Source: Haliotis cracherodii
Taxonomy: Eukaryota
DNA length: 64,000 bases
Direction of reading: 5' to 3'
NCBI RefSeq assembly: GCF_022045235.1
Contig: NW_027266319.1
Span: 49,662,001 to 49,726,000 of the forward strand
Below are positions 1 to 10,404 of the stretch, piece by piece. A program made the position numbers and the translations under genes. The notes beneath the pieces were generated by a model. It worked only from the letters and a program-made list of their open reading frames with translations, had not been told where the DNA came from and did no database searches. How positions within the stretch are numbered: position 1 is the stretch's first letter; each line of letters opens with the position of its first letter.

Positions 1-114
1 TGATTGCTGGAAGAAGAACGACTCCGGCTGTTGAGTGTGGGATACATCTGACTGCGGTACTGCGTGCGGGTAGCGTACACGCTGCTGGCCAGGTAGCCAC
101 CACACAGCTGGGGA
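1..114 (-). CDS. FRMD4A: FRMD4 exon running off the window: (S)PQLCGGYLASSVYATRTQYRSQMYPTLNSRSRSSSSN...
   Basis: ttctctctgcag acceptor; phase 2 matches the previous exon; open frame to the window edge. Confidence 0.8.
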
Positions 115-371
115 CTGCAGAGAGAAACAATGCACAAGGTACAGACGGACGCACGGACAGCCGCACAGCCAGTTAGAGGTTAGAGGAAGCCAGGCAGATG
201 TGTTAGGGAGGGGCATGCTGTCAGTATGTTAGGTGTATACTGTGTGGATATGGTTAGAATATAAGGTATACCATTGGAAAAGAAATATCACTGGGATTGT
301 TCATAAGGGGTGAAATGATTGTACTACAATAACATACATACAGCTAAACACTGTTGTGTCAAAGTTGAAGG

Positions 372-537
372 GATCCAGGAATTGACATCATGAGCATCGA
401 TCAACGCAATTGGGATACAATGACATGCATCAAACCAAGTCAAGCGTGACCACCCGATCCTGTTAGTCGCCTCTTATGACAAACATAGTTGGCTTTTATG
501 GGAAGTGTAGATTGTTGAAGACCTGTTCTGACCCAGG
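372..537 (-). mobile_element. Family A fragment
   Basis: gacatcatgagcatcgatc...ttagtcgcctcttatgac...gaagacc. Confidence 0.75.
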
Positions 538-1089
538 TGGTTTGACACATCAAAGTTTGACACAAAAGTGTTTGACTGTATCATGATCCTGTTTGCAAAA
601 TATGCTTATACAATAATGTAGATTTGATCAGAATGACTCCATGTAATTTCAGTATTTTTGTAAGCATATGAATGGTAAAAAGAACTGTACAAAATATCTA
701 TCAGTTGGATAACTTTCGTACTACTATTTTTTTAACAGCAAAAACCATATCAAAACCAAGAAACAATTTCACTAATTCTGAAAACATAATATTGTTTCAT
801 ACCTGAAAAATGTGTCGATTCTAAAAATGATTTTGATTTTGTTGAAAAAATAATAAACTGCTATCCATCATGTCACACCCCTACTGTTTGTAGGATAAGT
901 TATTTCAAAACCAGTTATGTTATGATTATGATGAAAGGGTATATTATGATAGTCGTGAATAAAGGCTCTGGTGTAGTCAACAAAAAGGAACCGATACTTA
1001 CAGTGTTTGATGAACAAGGTAGAACACATATCGTGGGGTTTTCTATGTAGGCTATTAGAACAAGCATACTACAGGGGGATCTGGATGCA

Positions 1090-2578
1090 AGGGTGGTGAT
1101 GTCAGGGTGATGTTCATTTGCCAGGGTGGTGATGTTGGGGTGTGATGTTCATTTGCCAGGGTGGTGATGTTGGGGTGTGATGTTCATTTGCCAGGGTGGT
1201 GATGTTGGGGTGTGATGTTCATTGTCAGGGTGGTGTTGTCAGGGTGATGCTCATTGTCAGGGTGGTTATGTTGGGGTGTGATGTTCATTGTCAGGGTGAT
1301 GATGTTGGGGTGTGATGTTCATTGTCAGGGTGGTGTTGTCAGGGTGATGTTCATTGTCAGGGTTGTGATGTTGGGGTGTGATGTTCATTGTCAGGGGGGT
1401 GATGTTGTGGTTTTATGTTTATTGTCAGGGTGGTGATGTTGGGGTGTGATGTTTATTGTCAGGGTGGTGATGTTGAGGTGTGATGTTCATTGTCAGGGTG
1501 GTGATGTTGAGGTGTGATGTTCATTGTCAGGGTGGTGATGTTGGGTCGTGATGTTCATTGTCAGGGTGGTGATGTTGGGGTGTGATGTTCATTGTCAGGG
1601 CGGTGACGTGGGGGTGTGATGTTCATTGTCAGGGTGGTGATGTTGGGTCGTGATGTTTATTGTCAGGTTGGTGATGTTGAGGTGTGATGTTCATTGTCAG
1701 GGTGGTGATGTTGAGGTGTGATGTTTATTGTCAGGGTGGTGATGTTGAGGTGTGATGTTTATTGTCAGGGTGGTGATGTTGAGGTGTGATGTTTATTGTC
1801 AGGGTGGTGATGTTGAGGTGTGATGTTCATTGTCAGGGTGGTGATGTTGAGGTGTGATGTTTATTGTCAGGGTGGTGATGTTGAGGTGTGATGTTCATTG
1901 TCAGGGTGGTGATGTTGAGGTGTGATGTTTATTGTCAGGGTGGTGATGTTGAGGTGTGATGTTCATTGTCAGGGTGGTGATGTTGAGGTGTGATGTTTAT
2001 TGTCAGGGTGGTGATGTTGAGGAGTGATGTTTATTGTCAGGGTGGTGATGTTGAGGTGTGATGTTCATTGTCAGGGTGGTGATCTTGGGTCGTGATGTTC
2101 ATTGTCAGGGTGGTGATGTTGGGGTGTGATGTTCATTGTCAGGGCGGTGACGTGGGGGTGTGATGTTCATTGTCAGGATGGTGACGTGGGGGTGTGATGT
2201 TCATTGTCAGGATGGTGACGTGGGGGTGATGATCATTGTCAGGATGGTGACGTGGGGGTGTGATGTTCATTGTCAGGGTGGTGACGTGGGGGTGTGATGT
2301 TCATTGTCAGGATGGTGACGTGGGGGTGTGATGTTCATTGTCAGGATGGTGACGTGGGGGTGTGATGTTCATTGTCAGGATGGTGACGTGGGGGTGTGAT
2401 GTTCATTGTCAGGGTGGTGACGTGGGGGTGAGATGTTCATTGTCAGGATGGTGACGTGGGGGTGTGATGTTCATTGTCAGGATGGTGACGTGGGGGTGTG
2501 ATGTTCATTGTCAGGATGGTGACGTGGGGGTATGATGTTCATTGTCAGGATGGTGACGTGGGGGTGTGATGTTCATTG
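1090..2578. repeat. 34-bp GT-rich minisatellite, ~44 copies (GATGTTCATTGTCAGGGTGGTGATGTTGAGGTGT)
   Basis: Direct tandem periodicity of 34 nt. Confidence 0.95.
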
Positions 2579-2618
2579 AAATGTTGATGTAACAGATATT
2601 TATGCATTATTAGGTCAA

Positions 2619-2772
2619 TGTTTGTTTGTTATTTAACGCTGCACTCAGCAATATTCCAGCTATATGACAGTGGTCTGTAAATAATCGAGTCTGGACCAGA
2701 CAATCCAGTGACTGACATTATGAGCATCAATCCACGCAATTGGAATACAGTGAGCTGCATCAACCAAAGTCA
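2619..2772 (-). mobile_element. Family A 3' fragment
   Basis: tttaacgctgcactcagcaatattccagctatatgac... Confidence 0.8.
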
Positions 2773-3300
2773 ATGAGTGAGTGGTGCAAGCAAACAGTGT
2801 AAATGTGTTTAAGATTGGGAGAATGAAGTCTTGGAAAAGAGAAGAGACTTTGGAGCTACAGAAAATGATGAAGGATCGACATGAACATGGACATGATAAA
2901 GGAAGAGATTTTGTGAGATTTTGTATGGATGACAAGACTTGTTTTGTTAGACTTGCATGATCGGATGAGGAAGAGGGATCTTATGATGATAGAGGTGGGA
3001 GATACACTGACACAATGAAAACACAGAGTCACGTTTTTCAAGATTCAGACAGGAAGAGTTCAGTGCCTATCTCGAAATAAACCTGAACGAGCTTATTGCT
3101 GTTTGATTATCTCATGCCTAAATACACAGAACAACTTAAAATGAATTTTGTGGCCATTTTGCCAAAGAGTACAATTGAATATGCGTTTTCAAAGTGGGTC
3201 AATATATATGTTCATGAGGAAGTGGGATGTCATAATAATAAAAGGAAGGACTACAGGATGAAGGTGAAGATAAAAGATACAAGGATGAACTGCAGTATAT

Positions 3301-3355
3301 GATGAAGGAAGAGAAAGATGAAGGAAGAGAAAGATGAAGGAAGAGAAAGATGAAG
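3301..3355. repeat. 16-bp tandem repeat (GATGAAGGAAGAGAAA) x3.5
   Basis: Seen directly. Confidence 0.85.
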
Positions 3356-4174
3356 GGAGGGACTATGCAAGCAAGCAGTGAGATGAAGACTGTGTTAGAG
3401 AGAGGGGGTGATGGTTAGCCTGGGGGTTAAGTAGAAAGCTCCACTGCCCAGACAGCTAAGGGACGCTAGTAAACTGTGCACAATCTCCAGTTCTGCAGTC
3501 AGGTTATCAAACACTCAACATGTTAACAACATTATCCAAAATTTGAAAAACAAGCATTCTGCAATGAAAAACAGGCAAAATTAGTGTCTATCTTAATATT
3601 CATTTGATCACAGCACATTTATGTAAAGTGAGGCATACTATCATTTTCTTTTTGGAAATTATAAAATCACATTGAAAACCTGATAATTCCAGTATGCGCT
3701 TACAGTCTTGCACTGACTAAAGGTATTCAGTTGTATGAGATGAAAGAGCATGCATTACATCATATACATAGTTATACTTCCATCACCACGGGGAGAATAT
3801 TAAAGGCATATATACATATATTGTACAAAAAGAAATGTTTTCAAAACTTTAATATTTTTACATCTTTTAATCACAAAAAAAAGTGAAAAATAAAAAGTGT
3901 TAAATTTTGGAATAAAATATTATTTTTTTGTTTAACGCCGCACTAGCAATATTCCAGCTATATCACAGCAAATTAATTAATAGATAAATTATTTATACTA
4001 GGGAGTTTTGGATAGAGAGTTAAAAATATGATATACTGTATCAACAAATTGAGTTATTTACATAAAATTAAATAAAAAGCAATATTTTTCAGTACATGAA
4101 ACACTTTTCACCAAAACAAAATCAGGATGGATGAATAACTTGCAAACCCATTTCAACATGACGGAAGGGAGACA

Positions 4175-4737
4175 ACTGTGAGTGTCCTTAGCCTGGCTGT
4201 CAGTACATACCTGCTGTGACTGGGGCTGAGGGTGACACTGGGAGTGTCCTGAGCCTCGCTGTCAGTACATACCAGCTGTCACTGGGGCTGAGGGTGACAC
4301 TGGGAGTGTCCTGAGCCTCACTGTCAGTACATACCAGCTGTCACTGGGGCTGAGGGTGACACTGGGAGTGTCCTGAGCCTCACTGTCAGTACATACCAGC
4401 TGTGACTGGGGCTGAGGTTGACACTGTGAGTGTCCTGAGCCTGGCTGTCAGTACATACCTGCTGTGACTGGGGCTGAGGGTGACACTGGGAGTGTCCTGA
4501 GCCTGGCTGTCAGTACATACCTGCTGTGACTGGGGCTGAGGGTGACACTGGGAGTGTCCTGAGCCTCGCTGTCAGTACATACCAGCTGTGACTGGGGCTG
4601 AGGGTGACACTGTGAGTGTCCTGAGCCTGGCTGTCAGTACATACCTGCTGTGACTAGGGCTGAGGGTGACACTGTGAGTGTCCTGAGCCTGGCTGTCAGT
4701 ACATACCTGCTGTGACTAGGGCTGAGGGTGACACTGT
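4175..4737. repeat. 62-bp minisatellite x9 comprising an exon 3' end plus splice donor
   Basis: CAGTACATAC at 4201, 4263, 4325, 4387, 4449, 4511, 4573, 4635, 4697. Confidence 0.95.
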
Positions 4738-4837
4738 GGGGGATAGGTTGGGGAGGGACAAGGTTGTCCTCATCCGGGGGACGCTGCTGGTGGTGGAATG
4801 ACTGAGAAGAGATTGGAGGCCGCTCTATCACATTTCC
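4707..4837 (-). CDS. FRMD4A: FRMD4 exon: GNVIERPPISSQSFHHQQRPPDEDNLVPPQPIPHSVTLSPSHS
   Basis: tttttcag|...AG|gtatgt; 131 nt, phase 0->2. Confidence 0.83.
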
Positions 4838-5251
4838 CTGAAAAAAACCAACACCAACAATACATTCATCATTCATGTGTAAACCTCTTGAAGCTAAATA
4901 GGGCTTATTTTCACTCTCAATCACAACATTGTTTCATCTAAAATTAATTATTTTTAAACCCAATGAACATTTTACATCAAGCCCAAGAAAGCAAGACAAA
5001 TTACACATAACCCAGGGATTAGTGATGTAGTATGGTCTTTAAAGCTTAGATGTATTGAGTGTGTTTAAAGATCATTGTTGGGAAATGTGAGCTTTAATCA
5101 GACACAAATCTGAATGTTTTTGACATACATTTGGTGCATGAAGACACAAATAATAGGTTACACTTTTCAATACTAGGTTACACTGGTGCAGGTAAGTCAA
5201 GCCCTGTATAACTATGTATCAGCTATTGTTAGAGCTTCCCAAATCTCCCAC

Positions 5252-5328
5252 CTGAGGGCGTGGTGCGGGCTGTTCACGCTGGTAACGCTGAACCGGGGGC
5301 GACTGAGCTGGAGACACAATCTCTGAAT
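5252..5328 (-). CDS. FRMD4A: FRMD4 exon: (D)SEIVSPAQSPPVQRYQREQPAPRPQ
   Basis: gttgcag|...CAG|gtggga; 77 nt, phase 1->0; GC/CpG-rich; an in-frame alternative acceptor lies 6 nt downstream. Confidence 0.8.
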
Positions 5329-6476
5329 CTGCAACCATCAAAGAATGCCACCTTTAAAATCAGCACAAATCGTCAACACAGGCAGAGCACACTGACCTTA
5401 CTTTTCGTTCACAAAATACATATCTTCTCCTGTTCTATGAAAGCAATTTCAAATTCTAATCAAAATCAAGGGGGGTAACTCACATGCATTTGAACCATTA
5501 TCACTACGATTTTATCAATGCCCATGCACTAACATTCAAACCTTCAGAATATTCGCATAAATCTGCAATTTGTCGTGGATTGTCATTTACTGAAAACCAT
5601 TGTCCATACATTAAATAGTGTCAGTCTTAGTAAAAAATTTGGTGAAACTATATTGCAATGCTATAGGTGTTTGAAACTAAATAAATTCAAAGTTAACAAT
5701 TTAAAATAATAATTGAATTTTTTTTAAATATTTAGATCTCGATTAGAAATGTGTATTTAATGAAAAATGCATTCCTTACTGGGTATACATGCAATGAATT
5801 GACACAGGTGGGATAAAGAGATCATTACTGTTGCTAAGGAAATTGCAAACATTACAGAATTGTTTTAGGGTGTGTGCACTTGATATAAATGGTGTCAACA
5901 TGTTACAGTTCATGCAGAACAAAGACAATGCTTCCAGTTTAGATCCATCTTTGGCCATGCATTAGCAACTTGGCAAACTCAAATGAAAAATGAAAGTATT
6001 ATGCTCATTAGCTGAAAATGAATACGTGGGTGGAAATTAGAGGCAAAATTATAAAAATATGACTCCATGTTATCATTGTACCATGCAGCACGATATTGTA
6101 CAGTGTTCTTTGTCCAATTGAGTTTAAGTGTAATGAAACTATTCTGCCCTCCAAGCATAGGTTACTTAAAGATCATATTTACATTTGGACTACTTAAAAG
6201 AAATGAATGATTTTGTTTACAAGCAAAAAGCTAGTTTCTTTTAGAATTCAAATCTGAAATAGACAAAATTATTGTAACATATATATGTGTACATATTATT
6301 AAATTTTATTTGAACCTTAAAATTTTCTTTCATGTTCATGTAATTAGTTTTGAAGCCTGTCATTTTAATACTTTTTGTCATTAGCAGAACACTGTACAAG
6401 ATGTTTATTACAGCAACACTGAAACACACTCCCGACTCGAGCGTACGTGCAGTCGGTATACACAGTACTGACGTAC

Positions 6477-6512
6477 CACTATCTGTTAAGGGGAGACTAT
6501 CCTCGCTTTGTG
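6477..6512 (-). CDS. FRMD4A: Small symmetric FRMD4 exon: (A)QSEDSLPLTDS
   Basis: ACTAAC branch-like motif ~35 nt upstream, tttgcag|36 nt|gtacgt, phase 1->1, open frame. Confidence 0.7.
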
Positions 6513-7929
6513 CTGCAAACGGGGAGAAATTGGGGAAAATGACTGTTAGTTACACATACCACACGTTGCAAACACATCACTGTACATCTGACCGTCAGAC
6601 AAACAACAGTGAACCAACATACACGCAGGCAGTAACAGACAAGAACACTATGGCTGAAATATCTTCAGGAGCAATCACCGCCTTTCACAACTTACACAGC
6701 TGAGATGACAAGTTCTGTTTGACTGTTGAGATTTTAGGAGTGCTTCCAGCTATAGCTGATTTTGCAAATGAAATGGCATGCAACACTTTTATTGAGCAAT
6801 ATTTCAGCTACATGAACTTTCACTGTATGAACACCAGGAATTATGGCTTACTTAACCCATTGAATCCTGGTGTGATGGGATTTGAGTGAACACAGCAATG
6901 CCTTACTTTCATACCCTTGCTAATATACATAAAACTGGCTATCACATTGGAGACAAATTCTCATAAAATGTCCCTTGTACCTGAAATAAGAAATGTTGTC
7001 TTTATCTATATTTTTCCCATTTCAATATATGACGAACACTAAAACACCTATTCCTGATTCTAAATCTGAAAAAAAAGAGTTTTGATATTGCTGTGCCAGA
7101 TTTGAAAGGTCCATGTTGCTGTTGACCAGCTCGTAGACGCTGTTGTACAGTGGTTCCAGCTGTTGTTCAGGAGGACCCATGACACATTTATTGGACCTTA
7201 TCAATCTCGTCTCCCAGGTACACACATCATACAAGATAACATGTGCAGAATACACAGCAACGCAAGAGATTTGACATTTGACAGTCTGACATTCCACTTG
7301 GCCTGTCTCGCTCCACAATTGAGGTCTTTCTAATTGCTGAGACTGTCACGGTTGAGTGGATGGTACACAAATCAACAGTCGCGCCTGACTGGTCACATGT
7401 TCCTGGTGCAAGTCTATCCCCCATTAATCTACACCTGTGTGTGAGAACCTTTTGACATGTTGTTGTAGCACCTACACACAACAATTGTTAGCAACAATAT
7501 ATCAATTACATCTTGAGACTACAATTAACGAGAAGTAAGTGCATGTTGAAAATATTGTTTTTCCTTTGAAAAGGAAGGTTAAACTGTGTTTCATTGTAAT
7601 AATTGACAATAGGTGACAGTGTTTGTTGGATGACAGATTTTCAATCACAATCATCTGTCCTAATTATATGACTGGAAAAACAAAATTTGACACGTGAGCA
7701 TCGATCAAGGATGTGGATGTGGCTGGACCTCTACCATGCACCAGGCTCACCAATACTGAAGTCTGTATTCATGGAAAGCACAACATTGCATGGACTCTTC
7801 ACAATGCTGAATCCCGTTGGGAAGCTGGTTCACACCCACTCATGCAGTAAAGCTACGGCTACATTAAAACTAAATAAAAAGCCATGCAAATCATAAATGT
7901 GACCCTGGCCGTGGGTGGTGCAAATGACA

Positions 7930-7977
7930 CAGAAACAAGGAAACGAAAACAAAAATAAGGAAACATAAAATTTTATT
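7930..7977 (-). terminator. Candidate intronic poly(A) site (AATAAA at 7977-7972 plus U/GU-rich downstream element)
   Basis: Minus strand AATAAA followed by ttttatgtttccttatttttgttttcgtttcc, ~780 nt after the ESQV stop. Confidence 0.5.
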
Positions 7978-8329
7978 ACAAAAATAAATAAAATGCTTGT
8001 ACATTATCATGCCACACAAAACATAAAGAGATAAATGCATTGCTAACACTGAGACTGCAGAGATCCACCCAAGATATAATTTGATATCTGACTGGAATAA
8101 GTTAAGGAGTAGGACTACATGCCATTGGGATTCTGACCCCCTGGAAGACGACGCATACAGATCATTTATATAATGCTGAGAACTCTGTATCTACCTGAGA
8201 TATTTAACAAGCAGGTAAATGACATTTAAAATTTGGAAGACACAGATCAGTATGCAAACAAAATGAAAACAAAGAACAAGTGCATGGCAACAACAAAACA
8301 ATCACACAAACACCTCAAATGCTGCCATA

Positions 8330-8521
8330 CATGCATACAGTTCATTTACTTCGGACACCATGCATAATGTCAGTGGCATACTCACGACACTGTATAGTTA
8401 CAGACACCATGCATACTATTACGCTCTTGGCCCGCCGTGAACACCATGCATACAATCACAAGTACATAATCTGAGGCGTCCTGTCACGATTACACCACAC
8501 TGTCACCATGCACTCCATGCA
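8330..8521 (-). promoter_or_regulatory. Cluster of six TGCATG (RBFOX-type) motifs on the gene's sense strand
   Basis: Plus-strand CATGCA at 8330, 8359, 8408, 8445, 8507, 8516. Confidence 0.6.
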
Positions 8522-8757
8522 TCAATCATCCACACTATACTACATTATGCACTGATATGCATGAGACATCTTGCAAAAGCACCATGTAATGCTGTGAGAG
8601 CTGTACAATAACAAGTGACCCAATAGTCTTTGGGATATTCAGCATTGCTTCAAGTCCATGTAATGGTAAAAACATGTCCCTGTCCACGATTAAAGGAAGC
8701 CTATCACTACAATGCCATCTTCCCCAGCACCATCTTGCTCTTCCTGAGTATCCATCC

Positions 8758-9062
8758 TCAGACCTGGCTTTCCTTCATGGGTGCTTTGGGTACACTAAGA
8801 CTCTTCTCCAGGAGGTACTGATGCCAAGAAGCTCGCGCCCCAGTCAAAAAGCTACCATCCACATCCTCATCTTCGTCAGACTCCTCAAAAAGTGTCTCAT
8901 CACTGCAGGATTCAACAAACGATTTGTGACGGAAGGATCGTGTTGATCTGTTGCGGGGAAACCACAGAGAATGCGATGCACGGCTGTCTAACTCTCTAAC
9001 GGGGTAAAGCATTTCGTCACTGAGGGAATTGGACAGCCTAGTGTGCACGTGGAGATACGTAC
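8758..9062 (-). CDS. FRMD4A: Alternative terminal extension of the previous exon (donor read-through), ~101 aa ending in ...KAPMKESQV*
   Basis: Frame stays open ~300 nt beyond the donor (ORF 8758..9159), with an acidic patch EESDEDED and a class I PDZ-ligand C-terminus; poly(A) signal downstream. Confidence 0.65.
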
Positions 9063-9147
9063 CATCATACGTGGAGGACGCTGCTCGCAGTCCAACCTTC
9101 CCCGCCATGCGCTTCATTTCATTCAGTTTCTTCTCCATATCCTTGAG
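9063..9147 (-). CDS. FRMD4A: FRMD4 exon: LKDMEKKLNEMKRMAGKVGLRAASSTYD
   Basis: tttcag|...G|gtacgt; 85 nt, phase 0->1; end of coiled coil. Confidence 0.88.
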
Positions 9148-9634
9148 CTGAAATAACAAACAATCTGGTCAAAGCAGTGCATCATTCATTCGGGATGGTA
9201 CACCCAAGATAACATGCTGATATTTCATATTACATAACAGGAACATACTTAGATCTGCCCAGAGATCCCAAGTCTGTAGCAAAGGTAAAACTTCCCAATT
9301 TGAGTCCCAATACCTCAGAATGTAAGTAAAAAAGAACAGCAATCCAATTTTGAACAATTATTTCCCAATTTGTCTGCTAATGGCATTTAGTTTGGAATCC
9401 TAGATGAATCCCTGTATAATTGCTTTCAACTGTACAGCAGTTCCAACTGTATTGATTTGTGGAACAGTCTTACAAGGTTTTTCTGGGTATCCCTGATTTC
9501 TCAGGGCCATCTGAGGGTTATTACAAGGATCCATTGATTTTCGTTCACAACTTTTGTGGACATAGCAGATTAAAGACCATATAACCCTTATCTCATTCTT
9601 CCTAAGGCCAAGTCTACGTCTAGCCAATGCATAC

Positions 9635-9781
9635 CTTCTGTAGAGCTCGGTTGTAGGACTGCCGCCTCTGTTTGCGCACATTCTTGCCCACAGCCTTGTC
9701 CTGGGCCAACTTGTGAGCTGCGCTGGTGATCTTACTCTGTAGCTCGTACTCCAGCTCCATCTTCGCCAACTGGTCCTCGCG
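9635..9781 (-). CDS. FRMD4A: FRMD4 exon: REDQLAKMELEYELQSKITSAAHKLAQDKAVGKNVRKQRRQSYNRALQK
   Basis: ttacag|...|gtatgc; 147 nt, phase 0->0; matches [42 protein letters not shown]. Confidence 0.93.
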
Positions 9782-9943
9782 CTGTAATGCAAGGTCAATG
9801 TCAGATGTGTCCACAACAAAGTGTTCCACAGAGAATTATCAAGACTTGGCAACTAGCAATATCAAGTTGTAGCAATGCTTGTTGTTTATGTACATTGTTA
9901 CTATTTCCATTTTGAAAACCAAATACATAACAAAGAGGCCAAC

Positions 9944-10066
9944 CTCATCTGTGCCGCTGACTGCCTTGGCTGAGAGGGAGAAGGACGTCCCCACCCTCCT
10001 CCGGAAGGTGGGGATCTGCTCCCCTGGAACAAGGGGGGTCTCTTTGGGCAGCTCCCCAGTCAGTTC
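9944..10066 (-). CDS. FRMD4A: FRMD4 exon, CUPID core: ELTGELPKETPLVPGEQIPTFRRRVGTSFSLSAKAVSGTDE
   Basis: ttccag|...|gttggc (weaker donor); 123 nt, phase 0->0; ELTG.LP.E.PL.PGE..P..RRR.GT.F motif. Confidence 0.93.
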
Positions 10067-10270
10067 CTGGAAAACATACATCAGTTTAGTATTATAGTAA
10101 CAACATAATCTGCATCTGTGCCTCAGTCAACTTTCTGTATCAATTTCAGAAGCTGTCAATATATATGGACTATCATTAGCTGAGTTTATTTGACCAAAAC
10201 ATTTAAGAGTAGTCTTAAATTTGATCAGGACACATACGACAGGATAATGCAGACTGATGGTCCAACCTAC

Positions 10271-10404
10271 CCCTTCCTGGAAGCATAGTCTCTTCAACTC
10301 TTCTGTCTTCTTCCTCAGGGTCTCCTCCAACGCCTCCTTCCTCGCACGCAACGCTTGGTACATCTCACGCTGGGCCTTGATCGAATCCGTCTGCTCGATG
10401 TTCA
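10271..10404 (-). CDS. FRMD4A: FRMD4 exon, coiled-coil/CUPID start: NIEQTDSIKAQREMYQALRARKEALEETLRKKTEELKRLCFQEG
   Basis: atttcag|...|gtaggt; 134 nt, phase 1->0; matches ALKSRQEALEETLRQRLEELKKLCLREA. Confidence 0.95.

Noticed and set aside
4175-4737. CRISPR-like appearance of regularly spaced repeats (also 24612-24965 and 56895-57197)
   Set aside because: No unique spacers, no cas genes, eukaryotic context; these are plain tandem repeats.
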